NCBI GenBank assembly: GCA_977020255.1
Contig: CDROCS010003817.1
Span: 1 to 64,000 of the forward strand
From: Obrimoposthia wandeli
Taxonomy: Eukaryota
DNA: 64,000 bases
Direction of reading: 5' to 3'
Part shown: in pieces, positions 11,773 to 22,595 of the stretch
Numbering within the stretch: position 1 is the stretch's first letter
Layout of the letters: every line of letters begins with the position of its first letter
Translations under genes and position numbers: made by a program
Notes under the pieces: model-generated
Database searches by the model: none
What the model saw: only the letters and a program-made list of their open reading frames with translations
What the model was told of the DNA's origin: nothing

Positions 11773-12116
11773 GATAGGATACAGAAAATCGTCCCCTTCC
11801 CTAAAACAAACCTCAAGCATCTGCAAAAATCATCAATATTAATCTGACTCCAAGTAGTAAAAAAATCAGCGTAGCTGAACGTTTCAGATACTCGATTGAG
11901 CTGCTCCACTACGAAACAAAAAAACCGACATCCTTACTCTGTATTTCGCTATAATTTCAAAATGTAAACTAAGCTTCAAAAAGACATTGCATTTTTTATT
12001 ATTGAACTATACTAAACCCTACATTGATTAGAACAACTTATTCTAAATTTTGATTAGAATAAAAACCCTCTATTATCAAAGCATATCTTACAAAAAAATT
12101 TAGCGAGGATTGAACA

Positions 12117-12911
12117 ATGAGGTTATTTTTTTTATTAATATTATCTATTATCCCACTCTATGGATATTCTGATAATAGTTTCCTAAACAATAAAACAGTG
12201 ACAGGATGTGAAGGCGCGGATGGTTTCCCACCATTAATCTATGAAAACACCAAAACTAAAAAATTAAACGGCTATACAGTAGACTTATTAAACTTAATGT
12301 TTGAAAACACTGGCGCAAAATTTGACCCTTTCCTTATCCCTTGGCAGCGCTGCTTAAATTACGGCAAAGAGGGCAAAGAAGTAGACATCGTATTAAACTC
12401 TGCCTTAAACTCGGACAGAATTGCCAATTATATTCATTCAAAAGCATTTGCTAAAATTACACCCTCGTTTTTCTATGACAAACAACGTTTCCCAAACGGG
12501 CTTGATATTACATCCAAGAAAGATCTTGATAAATATATAATGTGCGGAAAAAGGGGCTATAACTATGAGCAATTCGAATTAGGTGATCGCGATATAGATA
12601 TGACTGCCAGTAAATGGAAACAAGTCATTAAGAAGGTAGTTATTAAGCGATGCGATTTGCTTTTATCAAGGCATGAAATATACAAGGGAATTTTACTATC
12701 CGGAGAAAAGCCTAAATATTACGATCGCTTAGAAGGTATGGTAATCCCTTGGAGAAAAGGAAGACCTCAAGAGTTTCACTTCCTCGTCAATAAGAAGTCT
12801 GAGTTTCATAGGCAGTTAATTGAATTTATCGATGAACAACTGGTCGTATTAAAGAACAACGGAGAACTACAAAAATTACTTGATAAATATAAGTTTGTTA
12901 GTAAATTTTAA
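12117..12911 (+). CDS. Orphan family-3 periplasmic solute-binding protein
   Basis: Signal peptide, FPPLIYE...GYTVDLL, PWQRCL, GKRGYNYEQF; no permease or ATPase adjacent. Confidence 0.8.
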   Translation: MRLFFLLILSIIPLYGYSDNSFLNNKTVTGCEGADGFPPLIYENTKTKKLNGYTVDLLNLMFENTGAKFDPFLIPWQRCLNYGKEGKEVDIVLNSALNSDRIANYIHSKAFAKITPSFFYDKQRFPNGLDITSKKDLDKYIMCGKRGYNYEQFELGDRDIDMTASKWKQVIKKVVIKRCDLLLSRHEIYKGILLSGEKPKYYDRLEGMVIPWRKGRPQEFHFLVNKKSEFHRQLIEFIDEQLVVLKNNGELQKLLDKYKFVSKF

Positions 12912-12919
12912 AAGTGATC

Positions 12920-12950
12920 TTTACTACCTTTCTTACAGAAAGGTAGTAAA
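12920..12950. terminator. Bidirectional terminator-like hairpin between convergent genes
   Basis: Perfect 14-bp stem tttactacctttct-tac-agaaaggtagtaaa. Confidence 0.65.
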
Positions 12951-13049
12951 TGCACACTGATTTTTAAACTAATCCAAATACAGTTTGCATTTTGTAAGCT
13001 GTATTTAACACATGGCTATTCAACAATCTTACTCATTATGACACCTATC

Positions 13050-14378
13050 CTATAAATTTTTCAGTACTTGATCTATAGATGTTGCCAACACATCAACTAA
13101 AAAATCCAAGTCAGAAGCCCCCACTATAAACGCTGGAGCGATCAACACATGATGGCCGAGTTTACCGTCGACCGATCCCGCACCTGGATAGCAAAGTAAG
13201 CCATTTTCCATCAGTTTTGCTTTAAGCTTCACATGTAGCATCGAGGATAGCGGTAATGCTAATTTACTCGCCCTATCTTGAACCAACTCTACTCCTCTAA
13301 ACAATCCGCGCCCGCGAATATCACCAACAAAAGGATTATCTGAGAACCTTTCTTGCAACTGATTTTGTAAATATAGCCCCTGCTTTTGAACGTTAGCGAG
13401 TAACCCCTCTTCATCAATCACTTTTTGCACTGCCAGTGCAGCCGCACAAGCTGTCGGGTGCCCTATATATGTATGCCCGTGCTGGAAAAAGCCACTACCA
13501 TTTGCAACAGTATTATGGATTTCATCACTCACCATCAAAGCGCCAATAGGCTGGTAGCCAGCGCCTAAACCTTTAGCCATGGTCACCATATCAGGCACAA
13601 TATCTTCCTGCTCATAGGCGAATAACGTTCCGGTTCTACCCATACCACACATCACTTCATCAAGGATCAGTAAAATACCGTGTTTATCACAGATTTCACG
13701 CACTCTCTTAAAATAACCAGGCACACTTGGTACCGCTCCTAATGTAGCCCCTACCACCGGCTCTGCGATAAAAGCGATAACATTTTTTGCACCTAACTCA
13801 TATAGCTTTTGCTCTAACTCATTTGCAACACGTAAACCATATTCGCTGAGGGTTTCTCCAACTTGCAATCCTCGATATGCATAACAAGGTGAAATGCTGT
13901 TAGCAGGCTTCATGATCGCCTCAAAGGGCTCTTTTCGCCAAACGTTGCCTCCAATACTAAGCGCACCTAACGTGTTGCCATGGTAACTTTGCTCTCTGCT
14001 TATAAATAGCGTTCTGTCACTTTCACCACACTCTAAAAAATACTGTCTTGCAAGCTTTAGCGCAGCTTCAATCGCTTCAGAGCCTCCACTGGTAAAATAT
14101 ATTCGCCCCATAGCTCCGGGTGCTTTATCAATCAGATACTGTGCGAGCTCCTCAGCAGGCTCTGAGGTAAAAAAACCAGTATGTGCAAACGCTATTTTGT
14201 CTACTTGAGACTTAATTGCTGCTATCACCCGCGCATTTGAATGCCCTAAACTAGAAACCGCCGCCCCGCCTGATCCATCAAGGTAGCGCTTACCATTACT
14301 ATCAATAATATAGACACCCTCGCCCTTTACTGCGATTGGCATACTTGTTTTACAATTACGTTGGAATACCGCTGTCAT
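13050..14378 (-). CDS. Class III PLP-dependent aminotransferase
   Basis: YLDGSGGAAV, SYHGNTLG, LILDEVMCGMGRTG, MAKGLGAGYQP (PLP lysine). Confidence 0.92.
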   Translation of the reverse strand: MTAVFQRNCKTSMPIAVKGEGVYIIDSNGKRYLDGSGGAAVSSLGHSNARVIAAIKSQVDKIAFAHTGFFTSEPAEELAQYLIDKAPGAMGRIYFTSGGSEAIEAALKLARQYFLECGESDRTLFISREQSYHGNTLGALSIGGNVWRKEPFEAIMKPANSISPCYAYRGLQVGETLSEYGLRVANELEQKLYELGAKNVIAFIAEPVVGATLGAVPSVPGYFKRVREICDKHGILLILDEVMCGMGRTGTLFAYEQEDIVPDMVTMAKGLGAGYQPIGALMVSDEIHNTVANGSGFFQHGHTYIGHPTACAAALAVQKVIDEEGLLANVQKQGLYLQNQLQERFSDNPFVGDIRGRGLFRGVELVQDRASKLALPLSSMLHVKLKAKLMENGLLCYPGAGSVDGKLGHHVLIAPAFIVGASDLDFLVDVLATSIDQVLKNL

Positions 14379-14593
14379 TTGAAGGCCTATGAATTAAGAA
14401 ATTGCGTTATCTAGTGCCTCATTTAAACCAATTACGCCTTAGCTGGCTATCGATTGATTTTCACTCACCATTACTAATTGGAATACCTAAGCCAATAAAA
14501 TACACTTTTACTCACTTGTTTTTTATGTAACACTTAAATCTGAATGTACTAATCATCAAAAAATATCAAATAAGATAAACAGCAGAGTAAACC

Positions 14594-15484
14594 ATGAAGC
14601 ACTACCTTCCCTCGATGCAAGCTCTGCGTAGCTTTGAAGCTGTAGCCAGACTTTGTAGCGTATCAAAAGCAGCCACTGAACTTTGTGTCACTCAAGGCGC
14701 GGTAAGTAAGCAAATAAAACTACTGGAGTCTTTTCTTGGTCTTGCTCTTTTTATTCGCAGCACCGGTGGATTACTCTTAACCAATGAAGGACAAAGGTAT
14801 TTAGTGGTAGTGACTCAGTCGCTCAATGAGCTCAATGGCATCGGCGAAGCCTTACAGACAACACCTCATAAACAATCCCTTTTGATTGATATGATCCCCT
14901 CAATGAGCAACATTTGGTTAATTCCAAAAATACACTTATTCGAGCAACAATTTGAGCACTTACAAGTAGATTTAATTAATGGTGATGGGCGGCCAGATTA
15001 CAGCCAGTCACAAGCTGACGTCCACATACGCTGTTTATTAGAAAAAGACTCTACAGGCTATAAAGAACTGTTATTTAAAGAAAAATTAATTCTGGTAGGA
15101 TCCCCTGATTTACTTAAAGCACAGCCTATCAGACAACCAATGGACATCCTTGCACACAGATTACTACAACAAAATACTAGACCTAAGATGTGGCAGCATT
15201 TTCTAACTCAACAATGTATTGATTTTTCAACAGCTCCATTAAAACTGGGAATGGGGTTTCAGCATTTTTTTATGTCCATAAAAGCTGCACAAGAAAGCTT
15301 AGGCTTATCTTTAATACCTGATTTTTTGGCACAAGACTCAATTGCTCAAGGTAAGTTAATAAACCCTTTACAGTTAAGTATACAAAGCGAATATGCTTAT
15401 TATATTTTCTGCCCTAATTACAAATCGCAACTGCGTAAAACCCACCAGTTTAACCAATGGTTATTAACACAATTACGTGATTAG
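14594..15484 (+). CDS. LysR-family regulator (GcvA-like)
   Basis: LPSMQALRSFEAVARLCSVSKAATELCVTQGAVSKQIKLLE HTH; divergent from the aminotransferase. Confidence 0.93.
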   Translation: MKHYLPSMQALRSFEAVARLCSVSKAATELCVTQGAVSKQIKLLESFLGLALFIRSTGGLLLTNEGQRYLVVVTQSLNELNGIGEALQTTPHKQSLLIDMIPSMSNIWLIPKIHLFEQQFEHLQVDLINGDGRPDYSQSQADVHIRCLLEKDSTGYKELLFKEKLILVGSPDLLKAQPIRQPMDILAHRLLQQNTRPKMWQHFLTQQCIDFSTAPLKLGMGFQHFFMSIKAAQESLGLSLIPDFLAQDSIAQGKLINPLQLSIQSEYAYYIFCPNYKSQLRKTHQFNQWLLTQLRD

Positions 15485-15574
15485 AACTTATCATTGTTAA
15501 GTAATTGTGTCTTTCACGCTGACTTTTCTATTCAACGACCTATTTTAACCTAGCACACCTATTTGAAAAGCTTC

Positions 15575-15588
15575 TTGATATCAATCAA
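15575..15588. promoter_or_regulatory. FNR/ANR box upstream of the nap operon
   Basis: TTGAT-atca-ATCAA, an exact match to TTGAT-N4-ATCAA; a TTAAAT -10-like hexamer at 15611-15616 fits class II spacing. Confidence 0.85.
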
Positions 15589-15797
15589 ATAATGCACTTG
15601 CTGCATTTATTTAAATTCAATTCATGATCCAGCACAATTAAATTGTCCCTTTTTTCCAACACTCGCCGTTCGCGGCGTATTATTGACTTATACATTTGTT
15701 GCAGCTGAAATTTTTCAACTGTTTAAGATTTACTGCACAAATAAATAATTAAAATAATTTTTCATTGAATAGACAAGAAACTTAAGTGAGTAGCCAA

Positions 15798-15947
15798 ATG
15801 AAAACAGACGTAAACTCAAAAGATGAACTAAAAACTTTTTTACTCATCACTGTGGTCTTAGCCCCTGTGCTAGCTGTTCTAATTGTCAGCGGCTTTGGTT
15901 TTTCCGTATGGATCTCCCAATTATTAATGGGCCCTCCTGGTTCTTAA
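15798..15947 (+). CDS. napE: Periplasmic nitrate reductase subunit NapE (49 aa)
   Basis: Missed by ORF track (<60 aa). MKTDVNSKDELKTFLLITVVLAPVLAVLIVSGFGFSVWISQLLMGPPGS has a single TM helix and the NapE C-terminal Q-x-x-x-GPPG pattern; first gene of the nap operon. Confidence 0.92.
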   Translation: MKTDVNSKDELKTFLLITVVLAPVLAVLIVSGFGFSVWISQLLMGPPGS

Positions 15948-15968
15948 TTAGTTAATGGTCTGATTATT

Positions 15969-16460
15969 ATGGCAAATTTGGCAAGAAGAAAGTTTTTTTC
16001 TCGAGGCAATACCCAGGCACAACAATTGCTGCCTTGGATTTCATCGAGTGAGATTTTTTACGACCAATGCAGCCGATGTAACTTGTGTAAAGATGCTTGT
16101 GAAACACAAATAATCACCAAGGGTGATGGCGGTTTTCCTACCGTAGATTTCAACAAAGGTGAGTGTACATATTGTTATTTATGTGCCCAAAAATGCCCTG
16201 AAAACTTGTTTGAATCACAAGATCAAGCACCCTGGAAACAAGTTGCAGTGATCGATGAATCTTGCTTAACCGCACAAAAAGTCACCTGTAGAAGCTGTGA
16301 AGATACTTGCGAGCCAATGGCAATTAACTTCAAACCAACACTTGGTGGCCCAGCTATCCCCTCGATTGATTCAGACCTTTGCAACGGTTGTGGTGCCTGC
16401 ATTAAGCCCTGCCCTACACACAGTATTAAAATTAGCTCGGCATTGCCTAGCTCGGAGTAA
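15969..16460 (+). CDS. napF: Ferredoxin-type protein NapF
   Basis: ARRKFF, LPW, four CxxCxxCxxxC-type clusters. Confidence 0.95.
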   Translation: MANLARRKFFSRGNTQAQQLLPWISSSEIFYDQCSRCNLCKDACETQIITKGDGGFPTVDFNKGECTYCYLCAQKCPENLFESQDQAPWKQVAVIDESCLTAQKVTCRSCEDTCEPMAINFKPTLGGPAIPSIDSDLCNGCGACIKPCPTHSIKISSALPSSE

Positions 16461-16464
16461 AACA

Positions 16465-16734
16465 GTGGAAATTGAATATAACAGCCACCAGCCAGAAGAT
16501 GACACTTCGCACATAATATCGATGCTACTTATGAGTAGACCACAGCATCAAGTTGAAGTTGAGCGAGAAGTGAACAACAAAGAAGGTTGTGAAGTACACG
16601 GTAATGACGATAAAGGCAGAACGATTGTCGTCATAGAAGCCGATAACAACCGCGACCTCGTTGATCGCATGGAAAGCGTACAGAATTTAAAGCATTTAGT
16701 ATCTAGCTCTTTAGTGTTCCACCAAATTGCTTAA
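16465..16734 (+). CDS. napD: NapA chaperone NapD
   Basis: HIISMLL...EVHGNDDKGRTIVVIEA...SLVFHQ. Start taken as GTG 16465 after a GGAG RBS; track ORF 16297 is over-extended. Confidence 0.88.
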   Translation: MEIEYNSHQPEDDTSHIISMLLMSRPQHQVEVEREVNNKEGCEVHGNDDKGRTIVVIEADNNRDLVDRMESVQNLKHLVSSSLVFHQIA

Positions 16735-16814
16735 TTACTATATAAATCAAATTTAGAAAATAGATTGTTGGGTGTAGAAACTTACACTCTCACATTGATA
16801 GACAGGATATAGCC

Positions 16815-19316
16815 ATGAAAGTAAGCAGAAGAGATTTTGTAAAAGCACAGGCGGCTAGCGCCGCTGCTGTTGCTGCAGGAATCAGTTTACCCTCCCAAGC
16901 CACTAATCTAATTACAAAAACAAGTGATACAGACATTCACTGGGATAAAGCTCCCTGTCGTTTTTGTGGTACAGGTTGCTCTGTTTTAGTTGGCACTAAA
17001 AACGGCAAGATCGTTGCCACCCAAGGTGATCCAGAATCACCTGTAAACAAAGGATTAAACTGTGTCAAAGGTTATTTCCTTTCAAAGATCATGTATGGCA
17101 AAGATCGCTTAAAAACACCGATGCTAAGAATGACAGATGGCAAATTCGACAAAAATGGCGAATTCGCACCAATCACTTGGGATCAAGCATTTGATATTAT
17201 GGCTGAAAAATGGAAAGCCGCAATCGCCAAAACGCGTAATTCTGATGAAATGCCACCCGTGGGTATGTTTGGTTCAGGGCAATGGACAGTATTTGAAGGC
17301 TACGCAGCTGTCAAATTGATGAAAGCTGGCTTTCGTACCAACCATTTAGACCCTAACGCAAGACACTGCATGGCCTCTGCTGTTGGTGGTTTCATGCGTA
17401 CATTTGGTATCGATGAACCAATGGGCTGCTACGATGATTTAGAAAAAGCAGACGCGTTTGTGCTTTGGGGCTCTAACATGGCTGAGATGCACCCAATTCT
17501 TTGGACGCGTTTAACAGATCGCGCGTTAAGCGCTCCACATGTAAAAGTAGCCGTTCTTTCTACTTATAAACACCGCAGCTTCGAGCTTGCTGACAACGGT
17601 ATGGTGTTTACGCCACAAACTGATTTAGCGATCTTGAACTATATCGCGCATTACATTATCGAAACCGGCAATGTAAATCATGACTTTGTCAAGAAGCACA
17701 CAAACTTTCGCCGTGGTACTACTGATATCGGCTATGGTCTTCGCCCAGAGCATCCTCTTGAGCAAGCAGCAGCAAACCCAGGCAAAGGCAGCTCAACGCC
17801 AATGACCTTTGAAGAGTTCGCTGAATTTGTAAGTGACTACACTTTAGAATACACAGCAAAACTTTCAGGCGTACCTGAAGAGAACTTAGTTCGTTTAGCT
17901 AAGTTGTATGCAGATCCTAAGATTAACGTAGTATCTTACTGGACAATGGGGTTCAACCAGCACACTCGCGGTGTTTGGGCTAATAACATGTGTTACAACA
18001 TTCACTTGTTAACCGGTAAAATTTCCAAGCCAGGTTGTGGACCTTTCTCTCTAACGGGTCAACCATCAGCTTGTGGTACAGCACGTGAAGTAGGTACATT
18101 CTCACATCGCTTACCTGCCGATATGGTCGTTAAGAAAAAAGAGCACCGTGACTTCGCAGAAAAAATCTGGAAATTGCCAGAGGGCACTGTTCCAGCAAAG
18201 AATGGTTACCACGCTGTACTGCAAAATCGCATGCTAAAAGACGGTAAATTAAATGTTTACTGGACTATGTGTAACAACAACATGCAAACAGCACCCAACA
18301 TGAACGAAGAGGGGTATCCAGGCTACAGAAACCCAGAAGCGTTTATCGTTTGTTCGGATCCGTATCCAACCGTAACAGCACAAGCATCTGACTTAGTACT
18401 GCCTACTGCCATGTGGACTGAAAAAGAAGGTGCTTTTGGTAACGCTGAACGCCGTACTCAATTCTGGTATCAACAAGTTCCTCCTAGTGAAGGCGCCATG
18501 TCAGACTTATGGCAGTTAGTTGAGTTTTCTAAGCGCTTTAAAATTGAAGAGGTTTGGTCTGATGAATTACTCGCTAAATCACCTGAGCTTAAAGGCAAAA
18601 CTTTGTACGATGTGTTGTATCGCAACGGTCAAGTAGATGCTTTCCCGACTTCAGACTTTAAAGGCCGCATGAATGATGAAATGGATCATTTTGGCTTCTA
18701 TCTACAAAAAGGCTTATTTGAAGAATACGCAGCCTTTGGTCGCGGCCATGGACATGATTTAGCACCTTTTGATACTTATCATCAAGTTCGCGGTTTACGC
18801 TGGCCTGTGGTTAACGGTAAAGAAACACTGTGGCGCTTCCGTGAAGGATCAGACCCTTATGTCGAAAAAGGCAGTGAATACCAGTTCTACGGCAAGAAAG
18901 ATAAAAAAGCGATTATCTTTGCACTACCGTACGAACCAGCAGCAGAGTCACCGGATGAAGAATATAACTTATGGTTATGTACCGGTCGTGTTCTAGAACA
19001 TTGGCATTCAGGCACTATGACAAGACGCGTACCTGAATTGTATCGTGCATTCCCAGATGCAGTTGTGTTCATACATCCAGATGATGCAAAAGAGCGTGGT
19101 CTTCGTCGTGGAGATGAAGTAAAAGTTATTTCACGCCGTGGTGAAATGAATAGCCGTATTGAAACACGTGGCCGTAATCGTGTACCTAAAGGCCTTGTTT
19201 TCATTCCATTCTTTGATGCTAAACAACTCGTTAATCGCCTTACTTTAGATGCTACCGATCCGCTATCTAAAGAAGCAGATTACAAGAAGTGCGCCATTAA
19301 AATCATGAAAGCCTAA
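16815..19316 (+). CDS. napA: Periplasmic nitrate reductase catalytic subunit
   Basis: Tat signal [17 protein letters not shown] Fe-S motif, [22 protein letters not shown]. Confidence 0.99.
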   Translation: MKVSRRDFVKAQAASAAAVAAGISLPSQATNLITKTSDTDIHWDKAPCRFCGTGCSVLVGTKNGKIVATQGDPESPVNKGLNCVKGYFLSKIMYGKDRLKTPMLRMTDGKFDKNGEFAPITWDQAFDIMAEKWKAAIAKTRNSDEMPPVGMFGSGQWTVFEGYAAVKLMKAGFRTNHLDPNARHCMASAVGGFMRTFGIDEPMGCYDDLEKADAFVLWGSNMAEMHPILWTRLTDRALSAPHVKVAVLSTYKHRSFELADNGMVFTPQTDLAILNYIAHYIIETGNVNHDFVKKHTNFRRGTTDIGYGLRPEHPLEQAAANPGKGSSTPMTFEEFAEFVSDYTLEYTAKLSGVPEENLVRLAKLYADPKINVVSYWTMGFNQHTRGVWANNMCYNIHLLTGKISKPGCGPFSLTGQPSACGTAREVGTFSHRLPADMVVKKKEHRDFAEKIWKLPEGTVPAKNGYHAVLQNRMLKDGKLNVYWTMCNNNMQTAPNMNEEGYPGYRNPEAFIVCSDPYPTVTAQASDLVLPTAMWTEKEGAFGNAERRTQFWYQQVPPSEGAMSDLWQLVEFSKRFKIEEVWSDELLAKSPELKGKTLYDVLYRNGQVDAFPTSDFKGRMNDEMDHFGFYLQKGLFEEYAAFGRGHGHDLAPFDTYHQVRGLRWPVVNGKETLWRFREGSDPYVEKGSEYQFYGKKDKKAIIFALPYEPAAESPDEEYNLWLCTGRVLEHWHSGTMTRRVPELYRAFPDAVVFIHPDDAKERGLRRGDEVKVISRRGEMNSRIETRGRNRVPKGLVFIPFFDAKQLVNRLTLDATDPLSKEADYKKCAIKIMKA

Positions 19317-19385
19317 CCAACACTTTGAGCAACCTAGCTGTTATTAATTTACAAAATAAAACAGCTAGGTAAGTGGAGAATCGTT

Positions 19386-19835
19386 ATGAAAAAATCAGTA
19401 TTATTATCAGCAGTTATACTTGCATCAGGACTATTTGCAGCCAATGGCATTTACGCGGCAAACGAAGGCGTAGTTTCTTTACGCGCGCAAAGCCTTGACG
19501 TACAAGACCCACCTGAAAAAATGAAAAATTTTCCAAAAGAAAATTTAGGCTTACCGTTGAGCTATGTTCAACAGCCACCTTTAATTCCTCACCATATTCG
19601 CGACTATAAAGTTGATAAGAAAAACAACAAGTGCTTAACATGCCACAGCTTTAAAAACTACAAGCGCTATGGTGCAACAAAAATCAGTGTTACTCACTTC
19701 TTAGACAGAGACGGTAATGCATTGAGCGATGTCTCTCCTAGACGTTATTTTTGTTTGCAGTGTCACGTACCGCAAGTTGAAGCAAAGCCGTTAATTGAAA
19801 ACACATTTAAACCAACAGGCGCTCTGAGCGAATAA
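19386..19835 (+). CDS. napB: Diheme cytochrome c NapB
   Basis: [22 protein letters not shown]. Confidence 0.97.
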   Translation: MKKSVLLSAVILASGLFAANGIYAANEGVVSLRAQSLDVQDPPEKMKNFPKENLGLPLSYVQQPPLIPHHIRDYKVDKKNNKCLTCHSFKNYKRYGATKISVTHFLDRDGNALSDVSPRRYFCLQCHVPQVEAKPLIENTFKPTGALSE

Positions 19836-19845
19836 GGAGCTTGCT

Positions 19846-20433
19846 ATGAAATTGCTTAAAAAGTTTTATACAACTCTTTGCAAACCTGCTGTGCATTACA
19901 GCTTAGGTTTCTTAACTATCGGTGGGTTTATTGCGGGTATTGTATTTTGGGGTGCTTTTAACACAGCGCTTGAAGCAACCAACACAGAAGAGTTTTGTAC
20001 TTCTTGCCACGAAATGCGTAATAACGTATTTGAAGAACTCAAAACTACGATTCACTACACCAATAGATCAGGAGTTCGAGCTACGTGTCCAGACTGCCAC
20101 GTTCCTCATAAATGGACCGATAAAATTGCCCGTAAAATGCAAGCGTCTAAAGAGGTATGGGGCAAACTGTTTGGTACAATTAGCACGCGTGAAAAGTTTG
20201 AAGCAAAGCGCTTACATTTAGCACAAAATGAATGGACCCGCTTAAAGGCCAACGATTCTCTTGAGTGTCGTAACTGTCACGAATTTGATAGTATGGACTT
20301 CACTTTACAAGCGCAGCGTGCCTCTAAACAGCACTCTACAGCACTAGCAACTGGTGAGAAAACGTGTATTGATTGTCACAAAGGTATTGCGCACGAATTA
20401 CCTGACATGAAAGGAATCGAAGGCTACAAATAA
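19846..20433 (+). CDS. napC: Tetraheme NapC/NirT cytochrome c
   Basis: N-terminal TM helix and four CxxCH motifs (CTSCH, CPDCH, CRNCH, CIDCH). Confidence 0.97.
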   Translation: MKLLKKFYTTLCKPAVHYSLGFLTIGGFIAGIVFWGAFNTALEATNTEEFCTSCHEMRNNVFEELKTTIHYTNRSGVRATCPDCHVPHKWTDKIARKMQASKEVWGKLFGTISTREKFEAKRLHLAQNEWTRLKANDSLECRNCHEFDSMDFTLQAQRASKQHSTALATGEKTCIDCHKGIAHELPDMKGIEGYK

Positions 20434-20447
20434 CTAGCCATTTGATC

Positions 20448-20480
20448 AAAAAAAGGAGTACTGAAAAGTACTCCTTTTTT
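20448..20480. terminator. Intrinsic terminator after napC (bidirectional)
   Basis: aaaaaaaggagtact-gaaa-agtactcctttttt. Confidence 0.9.
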
Positions 20481-20759
20481 GTTTGTTATAACAACCTTTT
20501 ACCAAGGTTTAGCTACTATTTATAGGAGGCTAGGCGCACTAGAAATCAACGATTAGCTATGATTGTTTCACCATCGACATCGCTACCCCCAGCCAAGCAC
20601 TCTCACTATTTAAGCGCTAGCACACTTTTTTATTCTGAGGCTCCACTCATATAGCTGCACGTTCTTAGCCATCTAAGAATAATAATCTCATTAATTACAA
20701 TGTAAGTTTTGTTGCTCTCATAAATGCTGCGCCGCTCTTCTTTGTAAAGTCGAATTCTA

Positions 20760-21398
20760 CTAATGCGCCACTGTAAATCGCTCACACCTATGCTTAGCCA
20801 CTTCAATCTCATCGATTAGAGCCACGGCAAAATCTTCCATTGATATTGCTGACTTACCCTGTGCATCAAACAATAACTGATCCTTTCCCAATTGATATTT
20901 ACCTGTTCTAATACCTGGAACTAACATTGATGGCGCTGAGAGGTACGCCCAGTTTTGATGGCCAGAGCTCTCAACTGCTTGGTGCTGAGCAAAACATGCC
21001 ATTGCTATAGGAACAACTGCATCAGGTAAAAAACCTTTCGCACTAAGTACTGTCTCATTTTGCTGGCCAAACTTTAAACTTGCTGCGCCACCTACTAACA
21101 ATACTCGAATGTTATCCTCTTTTGCAGCATCTAATATTGTCTCTGTAAGAGCAACGAGTAATCCTTCATCACCATCAGGAGGCCTTAGCGCACTCACAAC
21201 TAAGTCCTGCCCTTTTATTAATTTTACTACATCGTTAAAGTTTTGCGCATCACCTACCATACCTGTCACATTGATTGGCAGTTTCTTTAATTGATCTTGA
21301 CTCCGAACGATTACACTTACCTTATGTCCACGGGTTAATGCTTCGTTAACGATCCGGCTTCCCACATTACCAGCCCCACCAAAAATAATTACTTTCAT
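20760..21398 (-). CDS. NAD(P)H-binding Rossmann protein (YwnB/flavin reductase-like)
   Basis: GGAGNVGSRI, VGGAASL, SAISMEDFAVALIDE, ERFTV. Confidence 0.88.
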   Translation of the reverse strand: MKVIIFGGAGNVGSRIVNEALTRGHKVSVIVRSQDQLKKLPINVTGMVGDAQNFNDVVKLIKGQDLVVSALRPPDGDEGLLVALTETILDAAKEDNIRVLLVGGAASLKFGQQNETVLSAKGFLPDAVVPIAMACFAQHQAVESSGHQNWAYLSAPSMLVPGIRTGKYQLGKDQLLFDAQGKSAISMEDFAVALIDEIEVAKHRCERFTVAH

Positions 21399-21559
21399 GT
21401 TTTTTCTCCAAAATGAATATAGATATAGTTAGCGGTATTGATTAAAAATGCACTCAATACACTTAAGTTGGATATAGGCTTTACTAAGCGCACTCTTGCG
21501 GTACTGTTGCGGTACTGTTTTTATCAGCTTCAACCTCACCTAATTAGCCTTTAAGAGCT

Positions 21560-22474
21560 TTAAATACTGCGTAACTCTGTTCTCTGATTTTTTGGGGTTA
21601 ACTTTTGTTGAGATAGCCACACGCTGACTAAGACTATTAGCGCACCACATACTTGTAATACTGTTAACTGTTGATCAAGTAACATCCAACCTAATATCAC
21701 CGCACTAAGCGGGCTTAAAAAGCCAAGCGAGGCTACACTGGCCGCCGGCAGATTAGCTAAACCGCGAAACCAAAGTAAGTAAGTGGCTCCTGCACCTATT
21801 AAACCTAAATATACAAAGGCAGCACCACTTACTAAACTTAACGTAGGCAATGGTGGCTCAAACCAAAACGCAAATGGAATTAACATCGCCCCGCCTGCAA
21901 CTAGCTGCCATGCTGTCAAGGCCAAAGGGGTAACTACTGTCTTGGGTATTGGTAAGCCTTGTTGTACCGACGCACCCATAAACCATTTTTTACTCAGCAC
22001 TGTGCCTAACGCCATTGAACAGGCCCCTGCTATACCTGCCAAAATACCGATAGAATCTAACACCGCCTGCGAATTTAAAAGCAGTAATGCAACACCGGAA
22101 ATGCCCAATAGCGCTGCAAAAATTGCATTTCTTACAATAGGTGTCGATAGAAATAATCGCGCAACTGCTATAACGATCAAAGGCTGTAATGCGCCTAAGG
22201 TAGCAGCAACTCCTCCAGGTAGCCTATAAGCAGATATAAATAACAGCCACCAGAAAATAGAAAAATTTAGTATCCCAAGTAAGATAATTTTGGGTATCCA
22301 AGCGCTTTTAGGTAGCGAGCGGCACAAGAGTAATAAAATTAGACCGACTGGCAGAGCCCTCAACATAGCAATCGTCAGTGGATAGTTTTGAGGTAAAAAC
22401 TCTGTGACTACAACATAGCTACTGCCCCAAATAATAGGGGCTAATGCTGTCGTTAACACAAGTGGCTTATTCAT
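21560..22474 (-). CDS. pecM: EamA/DMT exporter, PecM-like
   Basis: TALAPIIWGSSY, RALPVG, AYRLPGGVAATLGALQPL, LGFLSPLSA; divergent from a PecS-like MarR. Confidence 0.8.
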   Translation of the reverse strand: MNKPLVLTTALAPIIWGSSYVVVTEFLPQNYPLTIAMLRALPVGLILLLLCRSLPKSAWIPKIILLGILNFSIFWWLLFISAYRLPGGVAATLGALQPLIVIAVARLFLSTPIVRNAIFAALLGISGVALLLLNSQAVLDSIGILAGIAGACSMALGTVLSKKWFMGASVQQGLPIPKTVVTPLALTAWQLVAGGAMLIPFAFWFEPPLPTLSLVSGAAFVYLGLIGAGATYLLWFRGLANLPAASVASLGFLSPLSAVILGWMLLDQQLTVLQVCGALIVLVSVWLSQQKLTPKNQRTELRSI

Positions 22475-22510
22475 CGTATACCTTAATTATTCCCAGAGAA
22501 CGAATCAAAC

Positions 22511-22575
22511 TATCTTGATATCAAGATAATTTATCTTGACGTGAAGATATCATATTTTATCTTGGCGTCAAGACA
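22511..22575. promoter_or_regulatory. Three 18-bp palindromic MarR/PecS-type operators
   Basis: TATCTTgatatcAAGATA (22511-28), TATCTTgacgtgAAGATA (22532-49), TATCTTggcgtcAAGAcA (22558-75). Confidence 0.88.
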
Positions 22576-22595
22576 TATTTTGTTATAATAGCGCC

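Noticed and set aside
15620-15797. Possible molybdenum-cofactor riboswitch in the nap leader
   Set aside because: I could not find the conserved Moco RNA elements; only short hairpins are present.
16297-16464. N-terminal extension of the napD ORF overlapping napF
   Set aside because: NapD similarity and an RBS support GTG 16465; similar over-extensions were trimmed for 2462, 29747, 50222, 50478 and 62439.
21496-21519. Tandem duplication ttgcggtactg x2
   Set aside because: Only two 11-bp units in an intergenic gap; simple slippage, not an array.
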